In this document: one piece after another, positions 16,360-24,795 of the stretch
Layout: each line of letters starts with the position of its first letter
How positions within the stretch are numbered: position 1 is the first letter of the stretch
From: an uncultured Nitrososphaerota archaeon
GTDB taxonomy: Archaea > Korarchaeota > Korarchaeia > Korarchaeales > Korarchaeaceae
Direction of reading: 5' to 3'
Length of the DNA: 32,000 nt
NCBI GenBank assembly: GCA_964480775.1
Contig: CAYZRF010000018.1
Location: 1 to 32,000 of the forward strand
Notes under the pieces: generated by a model
Databases searched by the model: none
The model's input: the letters and a program-made list of their open reading frames with translations, nothing else
Told to the model about the DNA's origin: nothing
Made by a program: the position numbers and the translations under genes

Positions 16360-17345
16360 GTTTTTTCGATTAAACCGAGAAGTTTAAGCGCCTTAACTAT
16401 CTTTATCGTAGTTTCTACCTCCATTCCTTTACTTTCAGGCCCAAATGAACCGTCTTCCCATTGTTTTCTATCTAAAATTGAAAGAAAGTAATTTATGTCT
16501 GGATCCTTTAAGTCGAAACCAGCGCTTGTAAGGCTCCAAAGCAACCACCCAAGCTGAGACGGAGCCCAAGAATCTGATGGCACGTCTTTCAAATAGGATA
16601 GTGCTCCTTTCACGGCCCAGTGATCTTTTCCTAACATCATAGCGAAGAAGGAAGCTCCTATCCAGTTTGTGTGAAGAAACCCATAGAAGTGACCATCTGG
16701 ATGTATGAACCTCATTAGGAAGTCCATTGCATCATGCAGTTCATCTCTATCTATGTAGTTTAACTTTGCAAGCCAGAAGGAGGCATATGCCGTAGTTAAA
16801 ACTCTAGCTTTCAAATCTCCTGGCTTCATCCAAGAAGGAGGGTTAAACTGCTCGATAGCGGCTGGTTCTTCCCAACTACCGTCGCTATTCTGTATTGAAA
16901 AAAGAAAGTGAGTTATCCTACTAACACTATTATGATCGAGAGAATTGTAGTCTTCCAATCTTACCAATGCTAGCAAAGTATCCATTACACTGCTTGGTCT
17001 TCCTTTTTCAAAGCCGTATGGAAAGCCACCGTCAGAATTCTGGATCTCCAAAAAGGAAACCAATCTCTCTTGATTAACTCTTCTTCCAGTTAAGATGCAG
17101 TCAAGTCTCTCCTTTTGCTCTTGATTGCCGTTCTTTTTGACGAATTCTATCGCCAGGTTCGGATCAAGGGATGGCCTTAACTTCTTGGTCACCACCTCTT
17201 CTTCCTTCTCTTCTTTCTTTCCGAAAACTTTGAAAAAGCTCATTGCTATTCCCAAAAAAGTAATCTTAGTTAACCAATAAATGGTTGGCTGAGACATCCA
17301 AAAAAACAAGGGCTCAAAGCGCCATCCCATCATTAACACCTTCAA
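16356..17345 (-). CDS. Membrane-anchored prenyltransferase / squalene-oxidase-repeat (alpha/alpha-toroid) protein
   Basis: Repeated QNSDGGFPYG / QNSDGSWEE / HPDGHFYG / WEDGSFG motifs typical of terpenoid cyclase/prenyltransferase beta-subunit repeats. There is an N-terminal hydrophobic anchor. The true start may be an internal Met. Confidence 0.65.
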   Translation of the reverse strand: MKVLMMGWRFEPLFFWMSQPTIYWLTKITFLGIAMSFFKVFGKKEEKEEEVVTKKLRPSLDPNLAIEFVKKNGNQEQKERLDCILTGRRVNQERLVSFLEIQNSDGGFPYGFEKGRPSSVMDTLLALVRLEDYNSLDHNSVSRITHFLFSIQNSDGSWEEPAAIEQFNPPSWMKPGDLKARVLTTAYASFWLAKLNYIDRDELHDAMDFLMRFIHPDGHFYGFLHTNWIGASFFAMMLGKDHWAVKGALSYLKDVPSDSWAPSQLGWLLWSLTSAGFDLKDPDINYFLSILDRKQWEDGSFGPESKGMEVETTIKIVKALKLLGLIEKT

Positions 17346-17392
17346 TCAACATGTTCAGTTAAGATCTAAAATATTGTATTACATGACCGCCG

Positions 17393-17866
17393 ATGATACT
17401 GCAGGCATGTCTTAGTCGTCAAGCTTTTAACCACCGCGTGTTACTTAACCAGGAGAGAAGATTGGGTGAACTCGTAGAGAAGGTTAAGCAAGCCTTAGAA
17501 GAAGCTGGCATAAGATATGCCATGTTAGGAGAGCAGCCAGTTATACTTACGCGCTGGAAAACTCAGGGGTTTGATCCTCTCGACATATTCCTCCTTATTA
17601 GTGAGGACAGGGGCGTGGTCTCTCTGACTGCGTCTCTAGGAGAGGGATTTGGTGAAATGGAAAAGTGGATGCTTAGCCACAACCACAACTTCGCGTTCGC
17701 TTTTTATTCACTTGATGAGGAAGGCGTTCCCTACATAAATTCCCAACTTGATGCTGGATGGATCACAAGCGAAGCGGTCGTGATTGCACTACAAGCCATG
17801 ATAATAGCAGCAGATCATTTTGCTTCAGAAAGAAGCAAAGGGTCCTCGGAGGAAGAACCAAGCTAA
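17393..17866 (+). CDS. Hypothetical protein, possibly YbjN-like (T3SS-chaperone-like fold)
   Basis: The alternating pattern (IRYAML..., DIFLLISEDRGVVSLTASL, LSHNHNFAFAFYSLDEEGVPYINSQL) resembles YbjN-family domains. The start is uncertain; TTG at about 17461 behind GGAGAG is plausible. Confidence 0.45.
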   Translation: MILQACLSRQAFNHRVLLNQERRLGELVEKVKQALEEAGIRYAMLGEQPVILTRWKTQGFDPLDIFLLISEDRGVVSLTASLGEGFGEMEKWMLSHNHNFAFAFYSLDEEGVPYINSQLDAGWITSEAVVIALQAMIIAADHFASERSKGSSEEEPS

Positions 17867-17964
17867 AATTTCGTTGGTCTATGAAAGTTCTAGGACCTTT
17901 TAACTAGCAGTTAAAGGATTTTCTAGCGTGAACAAGGCTTTTGTTTTTGAATAGGTAGGTTAGA

Positions 17965-18735
17965 ATGGGTGGATTAATAGCTTTACTTCTCGGAGCCTTT
18001 CAAGGAGTTGCCGAGTGGTTACCCATTAGCAGCGAAGGATGGCTTTACATCATTTCGGTTTTTCTACTTGGGATAGATCCTCAGGAATCCTTGACATCTG
18101 CTTTGTTTCTTCATCTCGGCACGTCGATAGCTGCTATTTTGGTCCTAAGAAGGGAATTGAGAAATGTTCTGCTGAAATCGAGACATGAAAAGGGGGAAGA
18201 GTTAAGGCCTTTCCTGTTTTCAGCTACAGTTGCTACCTGTATTATTGGAATTCCCACATATCTCTATCTAAAGAAATCTCTCCTTCCTTCATTTGGAAAG
18301 ATTTTAGCTCTAATGACGGGTTTCCTGTTACTTGCGGTTGGCTTCATTCTAAGATTAGTCAGCTCACGTCAGACGCGTAAAAATCCTTTCTCGATTAGAT
18401 CTGGAATTTTTGTCGGTTTGCTTCAAGGACTATCCGTTCTACCTGGCGTCAGCAGGTCTGGAATCACTTTGGCTGCTTTGATTTTGCTAGGATACGGGAA
18501 ACAATCGATGAAACTATCTTTTTTGTTGGGAATACCAGTTACCTTGGGAGCATCTTTGCTACAAATAGCTTCAACAGATATTAGTATGTTCCCATCACTT
18601 CTCTCATCCTTTTTTATCAGTCTTCTTTTCCTTAGAGCGCTTATATCATTTTCACTTCGAATAGAACCATGGAAATTGTCAATTCTTTTCGGATTGATTG
18701 CTATAGTGTTCAGCCTTGTTCTTTTCATATCATAG
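17965..18735 (+). CDS. uppP: Undecaprenyl-diphosphate phosphatase (BacA/UppP family)
   Basis: FQGVAEWLPISSEGWL and LLQGLSVLPGVSRSGITLAALILLG...KLSFLLGIP are the two signature regions of the family. Polytopic membrane protein. Confidence 0.88.
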   Translation: MGGLIALLLGAFQGVAEWLPISSEGWLYIISVFLLGIDPQESLTSALFLHLGTSIAAILVLRRELRNVLLKSRHEKGEELRPFLFSATVATCIIGIPTYLYLKKSLLPSFGKILALMTGFLLLAVGFILRLVSSRQTRKNPFSIRSGIFVGLLQGLSVLPGVSRSGITLAALILLGYGKQSMKLSFLLGIPVTLGASLLQIASTDISMFPSLLSSFFISLLFLRALISFSLRIEPWKLSILFGLIAIVFSLVLFIS

Positions 18736-18792
18736 TTTTCGGCTGCGTTGCAGAATTATATTCAACTAACCCGTAGATGAATTGAATAGGGC

Positions 18793-21700
18793 ATGCCAAT
18801 AGACTCATCATCACTTCTTAAAGAGCTTCATTATGATTTTTACAGCTTTAAAGAACCTGAAATTGAGCCAGAAACAGTTGATATGGCGTTTAAGGACTTA
18901 TTACCTGATCTAGAGAAAGGAGGGTCTCACACTAGGAGGATAGCGGGATCAAAGCTCTACAAGCACCAATTAGATGCTTATGAGGCCCTTAAAGATGGGA
19001 AAAACCTTGTCCTCATATCTGGGGCAGGGAGTGGTAAGACCGAGGCTTGGTTCCTGCACTCTGCTCTAGGGAAAAGAAGAACCTTGGTTATATACCCAAC
19101 GCTAGCCCTGTCCAACGACCAAATAAGACGCATTCAGGAGTACTCTAGGGCTTTGGGGCTAAGAGCTGATTCCATAGATTCGCTTAGAGCTAAAGAACTC
19201 AGGTCACGGATAGGAACGCGGGGAATGAAGCAATACTTAGCCTCGCTTGACATCCTAATCACGAACCCTGCCTTCTTGCTTAATGACCTAAAGAAGTGGC
19301 CAGGAGGAAAATCCCTCCTCTACCCTTTCGCCCTTGAGATGGATCTTTTCGTTATTGATGAGTTTGATTTCTACGGGCCTAGGGAAATAGCGCTTCTTAC
19401 ATCGATGATTCGTGTAATGAAGTTGGTCCTGCCCAAGGACTTTCAGGTCTCGGTTCTTACCGCAACCTTGGGCAACCCTGAAGAGATGGCATCTATCCTC
19501 TCTTCGATAAACGGAAGAGAAACCAGTATAATATCTGGAAAGCCTTTCAGGGTTGAGAACAGAGTCTATATAGTCTTGGGAAAGGATTTGAAAGAGCTTT
19601 GGTTGTCTCTTAGGGAGAGAAGAGATGAAATAATAACAGAAGAGGTTGGAGAGGACATAAAAAAAGCATTAGAAGATTTTGAAAGGTTCAAGCTTGATTT
19701 CTACAAGGTAATTGAGGTTGCTCGTTATGCTGGCTTGGAGCCTCCCAGCGCAGAAGTAGACGTTTCCGAGATAATTGCTAGTTATACTAGAGATGAAGGG
19801 GTTACAATCGTCTTTACAAGGAGCATAAGGGGTGCTGAGGAATTATACAGAAGGACGCTTCTTAGGCTTAAGGAAGAGGATGATAGGATAGCAACTCACC
19901 ACCATCTAGTCTCAAAAGTCACAAGAGCGAGTATAGAAGCTGGTGCAAGGGAAGGGAGGGTGAGGGTCATCGTCTCTCCCAGGACTTTGGCTCAGGGAAT
20001 AGACATAGGAAACGTGATTAGGATAGTCCACGTGGGGCTTCCTGAAGATGTTAGGGAGTTTAGGCAGAAGGAGGGAAGGAAGGGCAGGAGGAAGGAACTC
20101 CCGTTTACTGAAACTATAATCCTTCCGGTTAGGAGGTGGGATAGAGAACTCCTGCTTAGGGGATTAAGTGCGCTTAGAAAATGGATAGAACTCCCATTAG
20201 AAAAAGCTCTGGTGAATCCAAACAACAAGTACTGCTTGCTATTTGAGGGCTTGTTCAAGTTCGTCGATCCTAAGCTAAGGGAGAAGTTGACTGAGGACGA
20301 ACTTTCCCTCCTCTCCTATCTTGGGCTCATCTCCAAAGAAGGGCTAACCGATAGAGGGAAAAGAGCTTGGAGAAACATGAACTTCTACGAATTCGGGCCA
20401 CCCTACGGGATGAAAAGGATGAAGAGAGAGGACGACAGGGCTGTTTACCTTGAGGACATAGGACATTGTGATCTCGTAGAGAGGTTTCAACCTGGTTGCA
20501 TAGATTACTCTGCTGACGCCGTAGTTGTTGACTTGCTTAGAAAAGGGAGGTTCGTTACTGGAGTTGTTGAAGAGCAGCTATCCATGAGGACTGTGTTCAG
20601 TTACGATCCCCTTGCCTTTGCATATGAGGAGTATGAGAAGACAAAGCACTCTTGGGGCGAGGAGCCAAATGTGATCAGGGACTACTACACTGGAAGGCTG
20701 CACTCTGAAGTGATTTGTGTGGTTGATCCTCCAAGGGATGGATTCGGAATAAGGACGAAGATTCCGAGCAGGGTTTATTGGACAATTTCTGCCAGAAGAT
20801 CCAGACCTGTCAGCGTAGGCGACAGGACTTACTTCATTAGGGATAGGAAGTCCCTTCCGGTTTTGGGACCTACAGGAGGCGTTTACAGAGACTACACTTA
20901 TGGAATTGCAATAGAGTTGGATCCTGCCGAGGACATCATCTGGGGCAGAGTTGGAATGGCTCTCGTTACCCTAGTTCTCAGGCTTGCCTACGGAATACCA
21001 TTTGACACGATTTACTATGAAGTTGTTAATGTAGGAGACAGGAAGCTCCTATTACTTCATGAGCCAGATAGTGCCGGGCTCTTAGAGAAGCTTGACTGGA
21101 TGGAGGTCTCAAAGAAGGTTGAAGAGTTTGAGCCAGACGAACTTTCAGAAATACTGATCCAAGTAGTTGATGATCAAGCCCACTTTGAACTACTTAGCTC
21201 TGGAATGAGGTGGGATTTAGCAAAGAGATATGCAAAGAGAATGCTCGAATATCTAATGTTAAGGGAGAAAATAAGAGTAAAGTTAGGAAGCAAAGAGATC
21301 TTGGTTCCGAAGCCGTCCAGAGCCTTGAAGACAGCTGCTTTCGATTTCATCACTCTTCCACTATCTGAGAACGTACTCTTGGGTTGTTCTGCCATCTTCG
21401 ACGGTGAAGAGAGCTTTTACGTTCTTCTCTCTAAGGAGTTCTTCGAGACCAGCGGCTGGGAAGAGATGGGAAAAGTGTTAAACTCTCTTATAGATAATGG
21501 ATTCTCCCTTTTGGTTTATAATGTCCCCCTGATTATGAAAGCTCTAACCCAGTTCGGGCTTACCTCAGCTTCGATACTAATTGAAGGTCTGAAGAGAGAA
21601 AGAAGACTCATTGAAATTAATGAGCTTGCAAGGAAGGTTCTCGGTGTTGAAGTAGTTCCCTTTGAGGAACTTGTGAGGACATTGGGTTGGGAAGCAGGTA

Positions 21701-21900
21701 CTGATCTGGTCTCTCTAAGGAAAGAGTTAGAAAGATCTTCAAGCCTGCTTAAGGAGAGAGGAGAGTTCAAATGGCCTTACTTCACAAAATATCTTAGGAG
21801 AACAGCAGAAGAATACATGAAGGCAAGCATAATCAACCTCTATAAGATTTACTATGCCTTAAAGGGCCTTGAGAAACAAACTGAGCTTGCAGAAAGTTAG
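18793..21900 (+). CDS. SF2 DEAD/DEAH-type helicase, MrfA/YprA-like (DUF1998-type) with extra C-terminal domain
   Basis: Motif I GAGSGKTEA, Ia YPTLALSNDQ, II VIDEFDFY (DEFD at residues 189-192), III LTATLG and VI QKEGRKGRR. Downstream are FQPGCIDYSADAVVVDL...DYYTG (OB-like) and LVLRLAYGIPFDTIYYEV...LLLLHEPDSAGLLEKL (DUF1998-like, without Cys4). A further ~195 aa follow. Confidence 0.88.
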   Translation: MPIDSSSLLKELHYDFYSFKEPEIEPETVDMAFKDLLPDLEKGGSHTRRIAGSKLYKHQLDAYEALKDGKNLVLISGAGSGKTEAWFLHSALGKRRTLVIYPTLALSNDQIRRIQEYSRALGLRADSIDSLRAKELRSRIGTRGMKQYLASLDILITNPAFLLNDLKKWPGGKSLLYPFALEMDLFVIDEFDFYGPREIALLTSMIRVMKLVLPKDFQVSVLTATLGNPEEMASILSSINGRETSIISGKPFRVENRVYIVLGKDLKELWLSLRERRDEIITEEVGEDIKKALEDFERFKLDFYKVIEVARYAGLEPPSAEVDVSEIIASYTRDEGVTIVFTRSIRGAEELYRRTLLRLKEEDDRIATHHHLVSKVTRASIEAGAREGRVRVIVSPRTLAQGIDIGNVIRIVHVGLPEDVREFRQKEGRKGRRKELPFTETIILPVRRWDRELLLRGLSALRKWIELPLEKALVNPNNKYCLLFEGLFKFVDPKLREKLTEDELSLLSYLGLISKEGLTDRGKRAWRNMNFYEFGPPYGMKRMKREDDRAVYLEDIGHCDLVERFQPGCIDYSADAVVVDLLRKGRFVTGVVEEQLSMRTVFSYDPLAFAYEEYEKTKHSWGEEPNVIRDYYTGRLHSEVICVVDPPRDGFGIRTKIPSRVYWTISARRSRPVSVGDRTYFIRDRKSLPVLGPTGGVYRDYTYGIAIELDPAEDIIWGRVGMALVTLVLRLAYGIPFDTIYYEVVNVGDRKLLLLHEPDSAGLLEKLDWMEVSKKVEEFEPDELSEILIQVVDDQAHFELLSSGMRWDLAKRYAKRMLEYLMLREKIRVKLGSKEILVPKPSRALKTAAFDFITLPLSENVLLGCSAIFDGEESFYVLLSKEFFETSGWEEMGKVLNSLIDNGFSLLVYNVPLIMKALTQFGLTSASILIEGLKRERRLIEINELARKVLGVEVVPFEELVRTLGWEAGTDLVSLRKELERSSSLLKERGEFKWPYFTKYLRRTAEEYMKASIINLYKIYYALKGLEKQTELAES

Positions 21901-21957
21901 AGAAATGAAAAATGCCTTAACTGAAGGAGATTTTGAGAAGTGTTTTTGTGAGGTTTA

Positions 21958-22464
21958 CTAGGGCAGATATCCCAACGCCGTTTCTAATAACTCAAGATGT
22001 CTTTCTTCGTCCCCTGAAATTAGCTCAAGGATCTTTTTTACTACTTTAGAGGTAGCTATCAAAGAGAGTGCCTTTGCTTGGCACATGTTAAGATATTCTT
22101 CTCCTAATTGGCCTTCCATTTTCGTTTGTTCCTCAATTAGCTTTCTTGCTTCCTCCATTGATATGGGTCCTTTAGCTAGCTCTTCAGTCTCCTCCCTTAT
22201 GTGTTTAATGAGATTAACGAGCTCTGTCCCTACAAGATCCCGACAATTCTCCAAATCCACTTCAACGTCACGCAATAAGACTTTAGCGCTTTGCTCCAGA
22301 AGGTTTGCATGCTTCAAAGAATCAAGTCCTACGTAGATAAGAATGGCCTTAGCCTCATCACTTCCCTCAAAAGCTTGAGCCAGTGTTAGAAGGAGATTAG
22401 AGATCTCTTGCTCCAAGAAACCCATACATAACAGCATTCTTGAAAGTTGGGAGTTGCTAATCAT
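21958..22464 (-). CDS. Ferritin-like (rubrerythrin-type four-helix-bundle) domain protein
   Basis: Helical protein with FLEQE, LDSLKH, MEGQLGEEY and GDEERH (ExxH) strings spaced like the ligand helices of di-iron ferritin-like proteins. The assignment is tentative. Confidence 0.5.
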   Translation of the reverse strand: MISNSQLSRMLLCMGFLEQEISNLLLTLAQAFEGSDEAKAILIYVGLDSLKHANLLEQSAKVLLRDVEVDLENCRDLVGTELVNLIKHIREETEELAKGPISMEEARKLIEEQTKMEGQLGEEYLNMCQAKALSLIATSKVVKKILELISGDEERHLELLETALGYLP

Positions 22465-22559
22465 CTTGAAGGGATTTTGTTTTTTCCTTTTATAGTTAGT
22501 TATTCATTAACGGAGCGTTCTTTTATAGAGAGATCTCCAATACCTTAAAGGAAGATGAA

Positions 22560-23099
22560 ATGTCGAATGACGTGAGTTTGAAGATAAAGGACATAACTCC
22601 CCTGAATTTGGATGAAATACCTTCTCCTTGTATTAGTTGTCTGTACTGGAAGGACACATCGCTCATAGAGAAGGTAACAGAGGATTCTGCTAGGAAAGTT
22701 TTGAAGAAGGAGTGGTTGCAAGATCTCCTTCAAAAGTATGGATTTGTAGGAAAAATCCTTTATCTTGAGGCAAAGCCAATTGGATGTGCCTTTTATGGTC
22801 CTTTTAAGGCATTTCCCAGCATCAAGAGCTATGGTTCGATTAAAGCAAGTCCGAAAGAGGCTTTTCTGGCTTGCCTCTACATAACTTCAGAGGAGTACAG
22901 GGGTAGGGGGTTTGGAAGAGCTCTTTTGAAGTCAGTATTAGAGGATTTAAGGAAACGCGAGTTTAATGCGGTATATACATTTGCTAGAAGGAGTAGTTCC
23001 AACAATCCCTCTGGTCCCCTTTCTTTATACTTAACTGAGGGATTCTATGTGGTAGATGAGTCCATTGAAGACTTTCCTTTGGTTAGAAAGGATCTTTAG
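22560..23099 (+). CDS. GNAT-family N-acetyltransferase with N-terminal CxxC
   Basis: Acetyl-CoA binding motif YRGRGFGRALLKSVLEDL (R/Q-x-x-G-x-G/A). The N-terminal PCISCLYW string precedes the GNAT core. Confidence 0.8.
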   Translation: MSNDVSLKIKDITPLNLDEIPSPCISCLYWKDTSLIEKVTEDSARKVLKKEWLQDLLQKYGFVGKILYLEAKPIGCAFYGPFKAFPSIKSYGSIKASPKEAFLACLYITSEEYRGRGFGRALLKSVLEDLRKREFNAVYTFARRSSSNNPSGPLSLYLTEGFYVVDESIEDFPLVRKDL

Positions 23100-23249
23100 C
23101 TTGGAAGAACCTTTTTCCAATTGCCTTTTTCTCCAATCTTCCTGGTATTTTTAGATAGTCTCGCTTTTGAAAATCCCGATTCTTTATGGAGTTTTCTTCT
23201 GTCTTTTTATCCTTTGAATTAAATATCTTAACTGCAATGAGGGATTGAA

Positions 23250-24788
23250 TTGCCCCTAGTAAAGGAAGAAGGAGGTTTTTATGATAGAGATCCAAGGAAC
23301 TACGAGCTTAAGGTCGGAATAGTATTTCCTGGCCCTTACAAAGCCAGCATAAACTCTCTTGGCCATCAGTTGGTATATTACCTTGCTAATGAGGTAGAGG
23401 GAGTCATAGCTGAGAGGTTTGTCTCAGACCTCCCAGGGTCGGTTGATGGGGGCTTAAGGCCAAGAGATTTGGATCTTATGCTCGTTTCAATTCATTATGA
23501 AGGGCAAATTCACACTTTTTTGAGTATGCTGCGTGATTGGGGAGTTCCAGCTAGGAAAGAAAGGAGAGAACTTATGATAATCGCTGGAGGTCCTGCCTTA
23601 AACAATCCCTTACCTGTTTCTGGGGTTTTCGACGGCATTGTAATCGGTGATGGTGAGGAAATAATCCCAAAACTGCTCAAAATGATGGTGGAGGGAGCAC
23701 CTAGAGAAGAAATTTCTTCTCTAGGTGGACTATACGTAAAGGGTAAGGAAGGCGTTAGGTTTCAGAGGTCTAGCATGGAATACTTACCAGAAATGCAGAT
23801 AATGGCTCATTTTCCAGAAGGTAAGAACCCATTTCTTCTTGAGGTATCTAGAGGATGTTCCCAAGGTTGCCGCTTCTGTCTGCTTGGCTGGACGCAGAGA
23901 CCAAGAAGAGATCGTTCTCTTCGCCAGATTGAAGAGCAGATTGAAATAGCTGCAGACCTAGGATTTGAGAAGATCTACCTTATAGCAAGCGACCTCCTGT
24001 CCCATCCCATGATAGCTGACATCATGAAGAAGATCTTGGATGAAGGGCTGAGGTTGTCAACCCCGTCCTTGAGGGCAGATGAGGTCAGCGATGATGTTAT
24101 AGAGGTTTTAAAGATGGCTGGAGTCAGAACTATTACTATTGCACCGGAAACGGGAAGTTGGAGGATTAAACTTGCAATTAACAAGCCCATGAAGAACAAT
24201 GAGATAATCAATGTTGCAAAAGACCTTAAGGATGCTGGCATTAGGAAATTGAAGACTTATTTTATCCTAGGATTTCCATTTGAGAAGCAGGAAGACGTGA
24301 AGGAATCCGCAGAGCTAGCTTCTGATCTCTCCAGCACAGGTCTTGATGTGGAGGCCTCGGTAAGTCAGTTCATTCCAAAACCTCATACTCCCTTCCAAAA
24401 GCTTCCTCTTGAAGGACCTGAGATTTATAGAAAAAAGGTAAGAATGTTTGAATTGCTTTCAGGAATAAGAGTGAAGGCAACCCACCCCGGAAGGAATTTC
24501 GTTCAAGCTGTTGTAAGTTTGGGAAATGAAAATCTAGGCGATGTATTAATCTCTGCCTCTTCAGGCCCGTATCAATCATCACATTACAAACAAATCGCAG
24601 CAGAGAAAGGAGTTTCTCTTAATTATGTATATGAAAGAAACAGAACTCTGCCTTGGGTTGAGGCGATTAGTACAGGCGTTAAACTGGACTACTTGAAAGA
24701 AGAAATTAGAAAATCAGAGAAGTTCGAATTGACGCCTTCTTGCGACGCCATCTGCACAGAGTGTGGCATATGCCCAATAGGATCATAG
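23250..24788 (+). CDS. Radical SAM protein with N-terminal B12-binding-like (Rossmann) domain and C-terminal Cys cluster
   Basis: EVSRGCSQGCRFCLLGW (CxxxCxxC). The N-terminal KVGIVFPGPYKASINSLGHQLVYYL resembles TIGR03960-type rSAM proteins. The C-terminal end carries CDAICTECGICP. The TTG start lies 3 codons after an in-frame TGA, and there is no in-frame ATG for ~76 codons. Confidence 0.85.
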   Translation: MPLVKEEGGFYDRDPRNYELKVGIVFPGPYKASINSLGHQLVYYLANEVEGVIAERFVSDLPGSVDGGLRPRDLDLMLVSIHYEGQIHTFLSMLRDWGVPARKERRELMIIAGGPALNNPLPVSGVFDGIVIGDGEEIIPKLLKMMVEGAPREEISSLGGLYVKGKEGVRFQRSSMEYLPEMQIMAHFPEGKNPFLLEVSRGCSQGCRFCLLGWTQRPRRDRSLRQIEEQIEIAADLGFEKIYLIASDLLSHPMIADIMKKILDEGLRLSTPSLRADEVSDDVIEVLKMAGVRTITIAPETGSWRIKLAINKPMKNNEIINVAKDLKDAGIRKLKTYFILGFPFEKQEDVKESAELASDLSSTGLDVEASVSQFIPKPHTPFQKLPLEGPEIYRKKVRMFELLSGIRVKATHPGRNFVQAVVSLGNENLGDVLISASSGPYQSSHYKQIAAEKGVSLNYVYERNRTLPWVEAISTGVKLDYLKEEIRKSEKFELTPSCDAICTECGICPIGS

Positions 24789-24795
24789 ATTAACT

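Noticed and set aside
23083-23295. 70-aa minus-strand ORF bridging the GNAT 3' end and the rSAM 5' end.
   Set aside because: It overlaps both flanking genes and is lysine-rich and low in complexity. It most likely arises from the A/T-rich spacer.
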